Shown piece by piece: positions 1 through 10,161 of a DNA stretch of 64,000 bases. The stretch is taken from the NCBI GenBank assembly GCA_963792585.1, contig CAWBWI010000001.1:288001-352000 (forward strand). The letters run 5' to 3'. The stretch comes from Candidatus Eiseniibacteriota bacterium (GTDB lineage Bacteria; Eisenbacteria; RBG-16-71-46; CAIMUX01; VGJL01). Both the position numbers and the translations under genes were made by a program. A model generated the notes under the pieces. It searched no databases and was not told where the DNA came from. It saw nothing but the letters and a program-made list of their open reading frames with translations. The first letter of the stretch is position 1. The number at the start of each line of letters is the position of its first letter.

Positions 1-107
1 AGCGTATGGGTTGCTGCTGGATCGCCATTTGCGAAGTACAGCTGAAGCGCAGTGATGATCTGGCGTTTGGCAGCATCTAGTTTCGTAAGCTTGAGCTTCT
101 CGGCCAT
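1..107 (-). CDS. Hypothetical protein, N-terminal part (runs off the window)
   Basis: Hand translation MAEKLKLTKLDAAKRQIITALQLYFANGDPAATHT; GAGGGA RBS just upstream of the ATG at 107. Confidence 0.6.
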   Translation of the reverse strand, partial: MAEKLKLTKLDAAKRQIITALQLYFANGDPAATHT

Positions 108-588
108 GAGTCCCTCACCTTTCGAGCCGCAGCAGTGTGGTCCGATATTCGCAGCTGACCTCGGTACGGGCCAGCTCTGCGCCCTCCATCTTGCCACGGT
201 TTCAGCAGCGACGTCGAATCAGATACTGGCGGAAGTGCGCCCAATGCGGAGTGGTGATCTGGGTCGCGAGAGGGGAGAAGTTAGCTGGATGGGAGGCGAC
301 ATCTGTTGACGCCCCGTCCAGCCCTCGTCTAGCCCCTTGCCGTCGCTGCCTTCATTGGCGATAATCGGCTCCGGCATCTTGCGACGGCCACGAGCGTGTA
401 CCCAGGGCCTATCATAGGCGGGTGACGTCGGGTCCATTTCCTTCTGTCGGAACTACGAATCGTGTTGAACGATCCCGCACTCCACGCGTTCATACGAGCG
501 GGTTCATCCTAGTACCGAACGGCATGTTGAGCTGTCCGGCCGGGTCCATTCGACTGAGCGGAACTCGGCCGAGAGGGAAGTCACGACC

Positions 589-1557
589 ATGAACTCGAGA
601 CTCGGAGAGCGTGTCCGGGCGGTGGTTGCTCTGGGGTTTACCGTTGTCTTGTCCCTTAGCCTCATCGGCGAAGCGTCGGCTCTCAAGCCAGTCCGTGGAT
701 ATGCCGCCACGCCAGGTGAGTACGGGATCGTCTATCAAGAGGTAACATTCCAGTCTCCAGATAGCCTCCGGCTCGTCGGCTGGTTCTATCCCGCGCAGGA
801 CACGATGGGAATCGCCAATGACCTGGTGGGTCGCGTGATCCCTGTGCCGGAGAAGCTCCGGCGAGCACCGCGGCTGTACCCCGCCAAGAGTCGCGCAGGC
901 CTCCCCACGATTGTCATCTGTGATGGCGATGGGGGGAACATGTCGGACCTCATCTTCTACGCCTACAACTTCTTCACTCGAGGCTTCAACGTCTTCACGT
1001 TCGATTGGCGCGGCTTCGGCCAGAGTGCAGACTGGCCCATGGATTCCGATCAGCTCTGTTGCAGCGAGTTCCTCCGCGACTACGACGCTGCCCTGGGCTA
1101 TGTCGAGACGCGACCTGAGGTCGACCCGCAGATGATCGCTCTGCTGGGGTTCTCGACGGGCGCCTACCTTTCCTTTGCCATGCTGGAGACCCATCACGAA
1201 GTTGCGGCGTTCGCTGGTCGAGCGCTCCTGACGAGCTACGATGACGTCCTGCCCATCCTCCATCAACTTGATCCGAGTAGGAATTGGCACGCCCCTGCTG
1301 ACTATCCATCTGCCCTTCTGCCGATCCATGTCGCGACGCACATTGGCGTTCCCGTCCTGCTTGTGGTGGGGGAGAAGGACCCGAGAACACCCCCTTGGAT
1401 GTCGGAGAAGATCTTGAGTCAGCTCAAGGGACCGAAGGAGCTATGGATTGTGCCCGGAGCCGGGCATGGCAGGGCTTCCGCACCGGAGTTTACCAACTAC
1501 CCGGAGTTCTTCGACCGCGTCGCTGGGTTCTTCGGCAAGCACTTGAGGCGATCTTGA
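589..1557 (+). CDS. Secreted alpha/beta-fold hydrolase
   Basis: Signal peptide; FDWRGFGQS, nucleophile elbow GFSTG, GEKD and GAGHG triad motifs. Confidence 0.85.
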   Translation: MNSRLGERVRAVVALGFTVVLSLSLIGEASALKPVRGYAATPGEYGIVYQEVTFQSPDSLRLVGWFYPAQDTMGIANDLVGRVIPVPEKLRRAPRLYPAKSRAGLPTIVICDGDGGNMSDLIFYAYNFFTRGFNVFTFDWRGFGQSADWPMDSDQLCCSEFLRDYDAALGYVETRPEVDPQMIALLGFSTGAYLSFAMLETHHEVAAFAGRALLTSYDDVLPILHQLDPSRNWHAPADYPSALLPIHVATHIGVPVLLVVGEKDPRTPPWMSEKILSQLKGPKELWIVPGAGHGRASAPEFTNYPEFFDRVAGFFGKHLRRS

Positions 1558-1663
1558 ACGTGCGGGCCGAGCGTGCTCCTTAGGCGATTCTGTCTGGATA
1601 CCCCGCGGTTACGTTCGAGCGAGGATTCCCGGCCGCAGCCGCCGCGGGGGAGTGGCAGGCTAC

Positions 1664-1933
1664 TCAGCGGCTGACTGAGCCGTCCGGCTCCTCGACATCC
1701 AGCTTCACGCGTTGCTTTGTCCTCCCGGCGCTCGCGGTTACGAGGTGTCGGATCGCGTCGATCATGCGTCCCGTGCTTGCCGATCACCATGCCGATCTCA
1801 CCCGGGGCGACTCGCACGCTCAAGTCAACTCCGTGGTCGGCTGGGCGTCGACGGTGACCTTCACGGCCTCCGGCTGGTCGACGACCATCTGAACCAATCG
1901 GCGTGCGAATTCCTGAAGCTCGGCGTGAGCCAA
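1664..1933 (-). pseudogene. khpA: KH-domain RNA-binding protein KhpA-like, two compensating frameshifts
   Basis: Joined frames give MAHAELQEFARRLVQMVVDQPEAVKVTVD...DLSVRVAPGEIGMVIGKHGRMIDAIRHLVTASAGRTKQRVKLDVEE; KH GxxG loop; GGAGG before TTG start; total 270 nt. Confidence 0.75.
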
Positions 1934-2316
1934 TCTCGGCCTCCTGCAGCTCTGTGATGGAGAACGGCCTTCGATGGAGAGGATGATCGTGAACAGCTCG
2001 CCCGACAGAACACCCACCCCGGTTCGTTCAGCTCCCTCGATGCGTGGCTCCGCGGAGCGTGGAGGGTGGATGGGCACCCCTGGGTCCCAAGAACCCGCAC
2101 CTACCTCTCCCAGGAACTCGTCACGAGAAGCGAATCGGCGAGAATATCCGCTATAGTTGCGGCCCTGTCAACTCTCTTGCTAACTGGCAGGTCGTCGCTG
2201 CTCGGCTCGCACCCCACGAACGTCTGCCGGAGGTCGGGCCGGTCGCCCGGGCGTACTCGTCATCCTTGACGGAACGCCCCTCCTCGGATGGCTTGGGGCA
2301 GGGATTCCCCGGGCAC

Positions 2317-2868
2317 TCATGCTGCCGGGCGCTGTCGCGCTGGCGCGAAGGGGAATGCGCTGCACCCGAGTGCCTGAATCAGTGGGAAGGTGCTCAAGGG
2401 GCCGAGGCGCTCACGGACGGATGCGATCCTGTCTTGGGCGCCCAAGGGGTCGCCCTGGACCGTGGGCAGTCCATCATCCCGATCCGGGTAGAAGGGAGCC
2501 GTGACGGTGAGGACGACTGCCTGGACGTCCGTGAACTCATACTCGGATAGCAGGATGAAGGCATCCTCGAGGGTCTTGATGGCGCGAATCCGCTCCTCCG
2601 AAAGGACGAGGGAGACGGAATTCGCGCGTTCCACGGAAAGAGGATCGACGGGTTGTTCCGATACTGCGTGGTCCAACTCTCGCTGGATCTCCCCTAGACG
2701 GTGCAGGTCCCTGCACGTGTCGAACATCAAGGATCTCCAGACATGAGCGATGCCCGGCATGTAGAAGAACGATTCCAGCATGGTGATGTAGAAGTCGCGA
2801 GCCAGCGTCTTGGCGACGATTAGGGCGTTCATCAGGGTCCCCAGGGTACAAGAACTGTAGGTCTCCAC
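2317..2868 (-). CDS. Hypothetical protein, paralog of 2924-3445 (possibly ferritin-like fold)
   Basis: GTG start after GGAGG; colinear similarity to neighbour (TLGTL, KTLARDFY, VWRSL, TLEDA, VTAPFYP). Confidence 0.7.
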   Translation of the reverse strand: METYSSCTLGTLMNALIVAKTLARDFYITMLESFFYMPGIAHVWRSLMFDTCRDLHRLGEIQRELDHAVSEQPVDPLSVERANSVSLVLSEERIRAIKTLEDAFILLSEYEFTDVQAVVLTVTAPFYPDRDDGLPTVQGDPLGAQDRIASVRERLGPLSTFPLIQALGCSAFPFAPARQRPAA

Positions 2869-2923
2869 GGTTCCAATCCTCCTCGAGCGCCTACGCAATC
2901 ACGGGAATCGATGTCGCCAGTCG

Positions 2924-3445
2924 TCAGGGCTGGGCGTGATCGTGGTAGACAAGGACGAGTGGGAAGATACTCGGGTTCCCGAAGCGCTCGGCCATTGATG
3001 CGATTCGATGCTGCGTGCCCAGCGGTGGGGGCGTCGAGATTCGGGCGCCATCGAGATGAGGATAGAACGGACCCGTGACCTGGAGGGCGATGTCCTGGAG
3101 ACCGGTGGCCTCGTACTCACACGCGAGCCGATGCGCGTCCTCAAGTGTTCGGATGGATCGGATCCGGTCGTCGGACAGGATCGATTGGACTTCGCGGGCG
3201 CGTTCTAGAGCCGTCGTCTCGACCGGCTGGTCGGCCATGAGGGGAGACACCACGGATTGGATCGCTTTCAGTCTCTCAAGCAGTCTGCTCTCCTCGAACA
3301 GCAGCGACCGCCAGACCTGGGCGATGGTGGGAAGGTGAACGAAGCTCTCGATCATGGCGAGGTAGAAGTTGCGGCCGAGGGTCTTGCCTGTGATCACCGA
3401 AGTGAGCAGAGTACCCAGTGTGTGGGTGGAACTGGTAGCGAGCAT
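2924..3445 (-). CDS. Hypothetical protein, paralog of 2317-2868 (possibly ferritin-like fold)
   Basis: AAGGAG RBS; FY...VWRSLLFEE pattern reminiscent of ferritin/rubrerythrin helices. Confidence 0.7.
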   Translation of the reverse strand: MLATSSTHTLGTLLTSVITGKTLGRNFYLAMIESFVHLPTIAQVWRSLLFEESRLLERLKAIQSVVSPLMADQPVETTALERAREVQSILSDDRIRSIRTLEDAHRLACEYEATGLQDIALQVTGPFYPHLDGARISTPPPLGTQHRIASMAERFGNPSIFPLVLVYHDHAQP

Positions 3446-3708
3446 TGCTCCGGCTCTCCTTGCCTCGGGGGGCCGGTCGATAGAGGAGAACGGATTGCTC
3501 GGGGGGCCCCACCGGGTCGCTTGCAGGTAACGCGGCTTCTCTGACCTGCCTCCTTATAGTTGCCGAATGCGCGGCCGTGAGCTGCTGGGAGACTTCTCCC
3601 ATGTGAAGTAGTCGGCAAGCGTGAAGTTGGAGAATAGGCCTTAGTTCACGGATATCGGCGATCGAGGTCGAGGTCTCGCAGCGACAGAACCGAAGGTGAG
3701 AACCTGTG

Positions 3709-3755
3709 AGCGAGGGTGACGCGCTTGGTATGCTCCTCGCTTCGTCACCCTCGCT
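3709..3755. repeat. Perfect 13-bp inverted repeat (hairpin)
   Basis: AGCGAGGGTGACG (3709-3721) and CGTCACCCTCGCT (3743-3755). Confidence 0.85.
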
Positions 3756-3874
3756 TCAGCTTGTCCAAGTTATCGCGCCCTGGGGACACCTGGGGGATCA
3801 GCTGCACACCCGTCTAGATCGGGGTCAGGCTGAGAGTCTCCCGGGGCACTGCCCTACAGTCAGCTCAACAAAAG

Positions 3875-3903
3875 ATTATGACATGTATTAGCGTGGCTGT
3901 CAA
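3875..3903 (-). promoter_or_regulatory. Sigma70-type promoter, leftward
   Basis: TTGACA-17 bp-CATAAT on the minus strand. Confidence 0.7.
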
Positions 3904-4079
3904 TCCCGCGGATCGGGCGTGTCAGGAGCTTCGCAGAAGAGGATCAGACGCTCTCCCGCACGGCCGGACAAGGTGCTACGCTCCATTCCGTCATTGCCCG
4001 GGGGTGAGAATGACGCCAGTGACGAATCCGGCGGGCAACCCAGAGTCGATCCGCGACCTGCGTTGCGATCCAGCGTGAG

Positions 4080-7019
4080 ATGAACGTCTCTCAGTTCATC
4101 GCCAAGTGGCGGCCGGTCGCTCTGACGGAGCGCTCTGCCTCGCAGCAGCACTTCCTTGACCTCTGCGAAGTCCTCGACCATCCAAAGCCCGCCGAAGCCG
4201 ATCCGCTGGGTGAGTCGTTCACCTTCGAGCGTGGGGCCTCCAAAACCGGCGGCGGTGAGGGCTGGGCGGACGTCTGGAAGCGCGGTTACTTCGGTTGGGA
4301 GTACAAGGGGAAGCACAAGGATCTGGTCGCCGCCTACCAGCAGCTCCTCATGTACCGCGAAGCACTCGAGAACCCGCCCCTCCTCGTCGTCTGCGACATG
4401 GACCGCATTGTTATCCATACGAACTTCACGAACACCCCGAACGTGATCCATGAAATTCGCCTGGAGGAGCTCGATACCCCCCGCAGCCTGGAGATCCTCC
4501 GGGCGGTGTTCAACGAGCCCGAGAAGCTCAAGCCCGGCGCGACCAGCGCTGCAATCACCGAAGAAGCGGCGTCCCACCTGGCCGAGATAGCACAGTCGCT
4601 GCGCGAGGCCGGTCACGATCCCCTGGATGTCGCCCGGTTCCTCGATCGCATCATCTTCAGCCTCTTCGCCGAGGATATTGGCCTGCTTCCGCCGAAGGTC
4701 TTCTTCCGCATAGTGGAGAAATCCCGACGCGATCCCAGCCGTTTCGAGCGGCAACTCGAGCAACTGTTCGTTGCGATGGCGAAGGGCGGCGATTTCGGTG
4801 CCGACGAGATTCGGTATTTCAACGGCAACCTCTTCAACAATGAGAAGCCCTTGAAGCTCACCGATGATGCGATCGAGCGGATCTACCAGGCTGCCTGCCT
4901 AGACTGGAGCTCCGTGGAGCCGTCGATCTTTGGGACGCTCTTCGAGCGTGGGCTGGACCCCGAGAAGCGTTCCCAGATCGGCGCGCACTACACAAGCCGT
5001 CAGGACATCGAGACCCTGGTGGAGCCAGTCATCATGCAGCCACTTAGGCGGGAATGGGATGAGGTCCGCCGTGTGGCGGCGGAAGCTCTTGCCAAGGATA
5101 TTAAGAAAGCCGGTGACGGCACGAACCTGGCCCGTGGCAAGCGCTTCAAACAAACTGAGAGCGATGCCGATGTTCTCCTGAAGCACTTCCTGCAGCGCCT
5201 CTCCGAGATTAAGGTACTCGACCCAGCCTGCGGGTCCGGAAACTTTCTCTACGTCACACTCCAGAAGCTCAAGGACCTCGAGAAGGAGGTCGTCGTCTGG
5301 GCAATGGAGCATGACCTGCCCAGCCACTTCCCGGGTGTGGGGCCATGGCAGCTCTACGGGATCGAGATCAATCCCTACGCATTCGAACTCGCCCAGATGA
5401 CTGTTTGGATCGGCTACCTTCAGTGGGTCAAGTTCAATGGCTTTGAGGTCGGACCCGATCCCATCTTGAAGCCCATGGACACGTTCCGGTGCATGGACGC
5501 GATTCTTGACCTGAACGATCCGCAGAATCCAAAGGAGCCCGAGTGGCCTGCGGTGGACTTCATCGTGGGGAATCCACCATTCCTAGGCTCTCGACTCATG
5601 CGTGCAGAATTAGGGGAGGACTATTGCAGGCACCTCTTTCATAGGTACCAAGCCCGAATGGGCGGTCGCCCCGACCTCTGTTGCTATTGGTTTGAAAAGG
5701 CCCGCGAGTATGTTGAGAACGGAAGCTGCAAGCGAGTGGGCCTGCTGGGAACGCAAGGTATCCGTGGTGGAACGAATCGCAAAGTGCTTCAACGGATCAA
5801 GGAAACTGGTGACATCTTCTGGGCGGTCAGCGACCGAGAATGGATGCTCGACGGGGCGGTTGTCCATGTGTCCATGGTCGGTTTCGACAAGAAGGAAGAA
5901 AGAACCCGGGAGGTCGATGGTCGATCTGTATGCTCAATCAACGCCGACTTGACGAGCGGAGTCGACACAACTCTCGCCCTACCTTTACGCGAGGACGCCA
6001 ACATCGGCTTTCAGGGCAGCATCAAGCGCGGGTCATTCGATATTGATCAGCCAACCGCCTTGGACTTGCTACGTCACGGAGGTAACCCGACCGGCCAACC
6101 AAACAGCGACGTTCTCTTCCCTTATCTCAATGCGTCTGATCTCTCGGCGAGAAGTCGCGATGTGTGGATCATTGACTTCGGCAGGTTGTCGGAGGACGAG
6201 GCGTCGCAGTATGAGCGTCCGTACGAACATATCAAGACGACGGTGTATCCCGAGAGACTTGCCACCAAAGATGCGGAGGCCATCAGAACCTGGTGGATCC
6301 ATTGGCGAACTAGGCCAGAACTCACGATCGCTATTGGGTCTCTTCCCAGGTTCATAACGACTCCGCGCGTCGCCAAACACCGGGTGTTCTGCTGGCTCAC
6401 CGCCCCGATCTACCCGGATTGCGCGCTTGTCGTTCTCGCGCGTCCAGATGACTATGCATTTGGTGTCCTCCATTCCCGGATCCACGAGAGGTGGGCTCGG
6501 GCGCAGGGAACACAACTCCGAGAGCGCGAGAGCGGGTTCCGGTACACCCCGACCAGCTGCTTCGAGACCTTCCCTCTTCCATGGGCACCCGGCACCGAAC
6601 CGCAGGCCGACCCGAAGGTACATGCCATCGCGGCCGCCGCCCGTGAGCTGGATGAGTTCCGCACGCGCTGGCTCAACCCGCCTGAGTGGGTCCGCGAGGA
6701 GTCGCTGGAGTTCCCAGGGTCTATTACTGGCCCCTGGGCCCGCTACGTCCACGATCCCGATGCCCGAGGAATCGGCGTGGTTCGCTACCCACGCATCGTT
6801 GCCCGCGACGCCGAATGCGCCGCGAAGCTTGCCCAGCGGACGTTGACGAACCTCTACAACGAGAGGCCGACATGGCTCGCACTCGCGCACGAGAAGCTGG
6901 ATGCGGCGGTGTTCGGGGCTTACGGATGGGATCCATCAATGGGGGACGAGGGGATTCTCGAGAAGCTGCTCGAGATGAATCTGGAGCGGGCTGTGGCAGC
7001 CGAGCGATTTCCAAGATGA
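4080..7019 (+). CDS. MmeI-like (type IIG/IIL) fused restriction endonuclease / N6-adenine DNA methyltransferase
   Basis: N-terminal AD...EYK nuclease-like segment, GAHYT, motif I VLDPACGSGNF, motif IV IVGNPPF, C-terminal RYTPTSCFETFP and RTLTNLYN; 979 aa. Confidence 0.9.
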   Translation: MNVSQFIAKWRPVALTERSASQQHFLDLCEVLDHPKPAEADPLGESFTFERGASKTGGGEGWADVWKRGYFGWEYKGKHKDLVAAYQQLLMYREALENPPLLVVCDMDRIVIHTNFTNTPNVIHEIRLEELDTPRSLEILRAVFNEPEKLKPGATSAAITEEAASHLAEIAQSLREAGHDPLDVARFLDRIIFSLFAEDIGLLPPKVFFRIVEKSRRDPSRFERQLEQLFVAMAKGGDFGADEIRYFNGNLFNNEKPLKLTDDAIERIYQAACLDWSSVEPSIFGTLFERGLDPEKRSQIGAHYTSRQDIETLVEPVIMQPLRREWDEVRRVAAEALAKDIKKAGDGTNLARGKRFKQTESDADVLLKHFLQRLSEIKVLDPACGSGNFLYVTLQKLKDLEKEVVVWAMEHDLPSHFPGVGPWQLYGIEINPYAFELAQMTVWIGYLQWVKFNGFEVGPDPILKPMDTFRCMDAILDLNDPQNPKEPEWPAVDFIVGNPPFLGSRLMRAELGEDYCRHLFHRYQARMGGRPDLCCYWFEKAREYVENGSCKRVGLLGTQGIRGGTNRKVLQRIKETGDIFWAVSDREWMLDGAVVHVSMVGFDKKEERTREVDGRSVCSINADLTSGVDTTLALPLREDANIGFQGSIKRGSFDIDQPTALDLLRHGGNPTGQPNSDVLFPYLNASDLSARSRDVWIIDFGRLSEDEASQYERPYEHIKTTVYPERLATKDAEAIRTWWIHWRTRPELTIAIGSLPRFITTPRVAKHRVFCWLTAPIYPDCALVVLARPDDYAFGVLHSRIHERWARAQGTQLRERESGFRYTPTSCFETFPLPWAPGTEPQADPKVHAIAAAARELDEFRTRWLNPPEWVREESLEFPGSITGPWARYVHDPDARGIGVVRYPRIVARDAECAAKLAQRTLTNLYNERPTWLALAHEKLDAAVFGAYGWDPSMGDEGILEKLLEMNLERAVAAERFPR

Positions 7020-7676
7020 ACCTCCTCACAGAACTAAAGATCACTGATCACATCACGGGCCACGCGGAGGACTACGTGGTCGAGATCCCCGATAGCCTTT
7101 TGCCAGCTCTTCGGGACTATCTGAGCTACTCGGCGGAGCTGGCTGCGGCACCCCTCGTCCGTGAGGGGATACCCCATGAATTCACATTTACTTGGTCGAA
7201 GGACAGAGCCGCTGGCGGCCAGTGGCAAGCTTCCCGACTATAGGGATCTGGTCTTCGTGATGCACAAGATGAGGCCGTTCATTCTTGAGCGCGAGCGCAC
7301 GTCTTTCACGCGTGTGCTCTCCCGGCTTGGAAAATACCTCGCCCACGACTCGTTTCGGGACTGCCTGGGATCTCTCAGGGAAAGATGGACCGGGCGTGAA
7401 TTCGAGTCGCAGGTGCAGTTCTACTCGATGGGCCGAGCGGTCAGGTGTGAGCAGTTCCTAATGAACTGGCTCTATGCCTACGAGTATCACCGCAACCAGG
7501 TGAGGAAGGCTGAAGTGGATTCATTGTTGCGAGGCATGCCAGTCGAGTTGTCGCGCTTCATCTTCGTTGCGACCATCGCGGAGAAGGTCACTGCCGTCCT
7601 CGGGCTCAGTCAGCTCGTTGAAGCGGCCATGGGCAAACGCGATCACACGGAATGGGTGGTCAGATCTCCAGGATGA
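7016..7676 (+). CDS. Hypothetical protein coupled to the methylase, one frameshift near 7200
   Basis: ATGA overlap with methylase stop; MNLLTELKITDH...TWSK continues as EPLAASGKLPDY...VVRSPG in another frame. Confidence 0.6.
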
Positions 7677-7856
7677 TCTATGAAATGTAGGCATTGGGGC
7701 CCGGCGGATCCGATTCGGGAGCCGTGGGAGCCGAAAGTTGTCGCTTTTCGAGCGGCGCGCGTCGACGCAACTCTGAAGGAGGCGCCGAAGGCGAAGACCG
7801 AGGGGGAAAACATGGAGCCGTTTGGGGGGAAGAAAAGAGGCGGGAGAAAGCACTAG

Positions 7857-8696
7857 ATGGAGATCTTCATTAGTTGGTCGGGGAATCGCAGCAGGAGGCT
7901 GGCGGAGGCGTTCCGTGACTGGATGCCTAGGGTCATCCAGGCGGTCGAACCTTGGATGTCTCCCGATATCGAGAAAGGTCTGCGCTGGAATTCGGAGTTG
8001 ACGGGGCGTCTAGAATCATCGCAGGTTGGCCTTATCTGCCTCACCCCGGAAAGCCTCAACGCCCCTTGGATCCTCTTCGAAGCAGGTGCGCTCTCAAGAC
8101 CGAGCCGAGCGCATGTCTGCACAATTCTCCTAGGGCTCGCTCCCTCTGACGTCGAGATGCCCCTTGCCCAGTTTGACCATACCGCGCTGGATCAGAAGGA
8201 AGAGATCCTGAAACTGGTTAGGACCATCAACGGGGTGGTAAAGGACGCGAAAGAGCGGGCTCCGGATGAGGCGGTGCTCATCGACACCTTTGAAAAATAC
8301 TATCCGGACTTGGATAAGGCCATCTGCGGCATTGCTTCACTTCCGTCAGCCGCCCCGTCTCGAGGAAGAACTGAACGGCAACTCTTAGAGGAGCTGCTTG
8401 AAATCAGCCGAGACCTACACCGAGAAACCGTTGGACGACGCGCGCAGCAGATCGTAGATGGGCCGTCATCGGGGTTGGGCAACAAATCCAGAAGAATCGC
8501 CCTCGAGCAGCTACTTGCGGCTCTTGACCCTTCCATAGCCAGGCGGGCCGCTCTCATGCTCGACCCCTCCTCGGATGCCGATATGCGTTATCGCGCATGG
8601 TTGGAACGAAAGGCCCTTGAACTGAAAGGCGAGAATGATCCACCGGAAGTCCCGCCTCACGACGCGACAGAGACACCAGATGCCCCAGCAGAATAG
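7857..8696 (+). CDS. TIR-domain protein
   Basis: IFISWSG, DIEKGLRW, GLICLTPE and PWILFEAG (WxxxE catalytic motif). Confidence 0.9.
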   Translation: MEIFISWSGNRSRRLAEAFRDWMPRVIQAVEPWMSPDIEKGLRWNSELTGRLESSQVGLICLTPESLNAPWILFEAGALSRPSRAHVCTILLGLAPSDVEMPLAQFDHTALDQKEEILKLVRTINGVVKDAKERAPDEAVLIDTFEKYYPDLDKAICGIASLPSAAPSRGRTERQLLEELLEISRDLHRETVGRRAQQIVDGPSSGLGNKSRRIALEQLLAALDPSIARRAALMLDPSSDADMRYRAWLERKALELKGENDPPEVPPHDATETPDAPAE

Positions 8697-8748
8697 ACGC
8701 AGGCAAGACAGAGATGACTGCTGAAGCTCCGAACAGGAGGTCAATCAC

Positions 8749-9390
8749 ATGGGCGTGATCGTGATTGGGATGGTTGCCGCGGCGATCGCGCTCACTGCGG
8801 TGCCCCTGATTAGAAGGCTCGTCAAACGCGGCGCGGACGATTGGGTTAGCATTCTTGTAACGGTGTCTGGGACCTTCCTGGGGTTCTCCCTGGCCCTGCT
8901 CGCCTCAGAGCATCAAGGTCGTTCGGAGATGCAAGCGCGGTTGATTGGGCTTCTCGTGAGCGCGGAGGCCGCCACCGAGGGGGCGAGAGATCATGCAGAA
9001 GCCGTTGCCAGGCTCGTCAATGGTCACGCCGACGGATACGGGAATCCCGATAGTCAAGAATATGTCGATGCCCTTAACTCGTTGGTGCTACCAGATGTCT
9101 TCTCGCCGATTCTCCATTCAGGAGAACTCTTCCTCCGTCTGTCACCTACGATGCAGCGACTCGTTCCGGTTTTCGCGGCAAGTTCCGAGCGGGATCGAAC
9201 ATGCATTCGGGGTGTGGGGCAGGTTGGGCGAATTCCGAGTTTTCTAGAACTAAACCTAAGAGTGCAGCGATCTTGCCTGAATGCTGAGATTGATTATCAA
9301 CAGGGGAGGCTCACCACCGCGCAGGTAGAGAAGGCCGTGTCCGATACGCTGAAGTTCTATGTCTGGGAGGTGATTTTTGGGGACGAGTAG
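8749..9390 (+). CDS. Hypothetical membrane protein with two N-terminal TM helices
   Basis: AGGAGG RBS; two hydrophobic stretches in the first ~55 aa followed by a soluble region. Confidence 0.75.
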   Translation: MGVIVIGMVAAAIALTAVPLIRRLVKRGADDWVSILVTVSGTFLGFSLALLASEHQGRSEMQARLIGLLVSAEAATEGARDHAEAVARLVNGHADGYGNPDSQEYVDALNSLVLPDVFSPILHSGELFLRLSPTMQRLVPVFAASSERDRTCIRGVGQVGRIPSFLELNLRVQRSCLNAEIDYQQGRLTTAQVEKAVSDTLKFYVWEVIFGDE

Positions 9391-9576
9391 TCAGAATCCT
9401 GCCCAAGAAATTCCCAGGAGTAGCGTTCTAGGTGACACCTTGCCAACTCGGGATGTAGCTAGCTTCTTGCGCCAAGGACTCGCGTTGCGCGGCGATCACT
9501 CGGGCACCTCCTCCTAAGCCGTCTTCCTCCACCTGATTACCGGCCCCTGTAGCGACGGACACTCACCCGACTGGGA

Positions 9577-9792
9577 GTGGGTCTATATGGCCGATGCGCC
9601 TCGTCGAGCCCCCGGATTGCCGGGGTCAACGACGTAGGTGCTGTACCACGGATCAGCGAACTACGCGTTGGCGAGGGCGACCTTGGCAAGGTCATTGGGA
9701 AGCACGGGCACACCCTCAGGGCGCTGCGGACGATCCTGAGCGGTATCGGAACAAAGGAGCACAGGCGGGTGGTGCTGGAGATTCTGGAGTAG
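9577..9792 (+). pseudogene. khpA: Second KhpA-like gene, 5' part degenerate
   Basis: ELRVGEGDLGKVIGKHGHTLRALRTILSGIGTKEHRRVVLEILE is typical KhpA; N-terminal part appears frameshifted. Confidence 0.75.
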
Positions 9793-9900
9793 ATCGACGC
9801 GCGGATCCCGACCCGACGATGCTCCTGCCACACCCCCTCCGTGCTATGATCGAGCCGCGACAATCTGGACGTGCCCGGCTGGACGAATGGAGATCGACGA

Positions 9901-10161
9901 ATGCCGAAGAAAGGACATAGAGATCTCTTCCTGCGCTTCAACTTGGAATTGGGGCTGCGAATCCAAGCTGCGCGGCAAGCGAGGTCTCTGACCCAGGATC
10001 AACTTGCAGAACTTGCGGGTATGAACAGGCCTACTATTGGGATGATCGAGACCGGTCGCCAGGGGGTCGATTCGCTGAACCTCGTTCTGATCTGCAATGC
10101 CCTGGCTGTGAGTCCGACGAGGCTCCTGCCGAAGCTTCCCTTGCCGAAGCGCAGCCGGTAG
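9901..10161 (+). CDS. XRE-family helix-turn-helix regulator
   Basis: LGLRIQAARQARSLTQDQLAELAGMNRPTIGMIETG. Confidence 0.85.
   Translation: MPKKGHRDLFLRFNLELGLRIQAARQARSLTQDQLAELAGMNRPTIGMIETGRQGVDSLNLVLICNALAVSPTRLLPKLPLPKRSR

Noticed and set aside
513..580. attC-like start (ACCGAAC...TTGAGCTG)
   Set aside because: No complementary right half ending in GTTRRRY.
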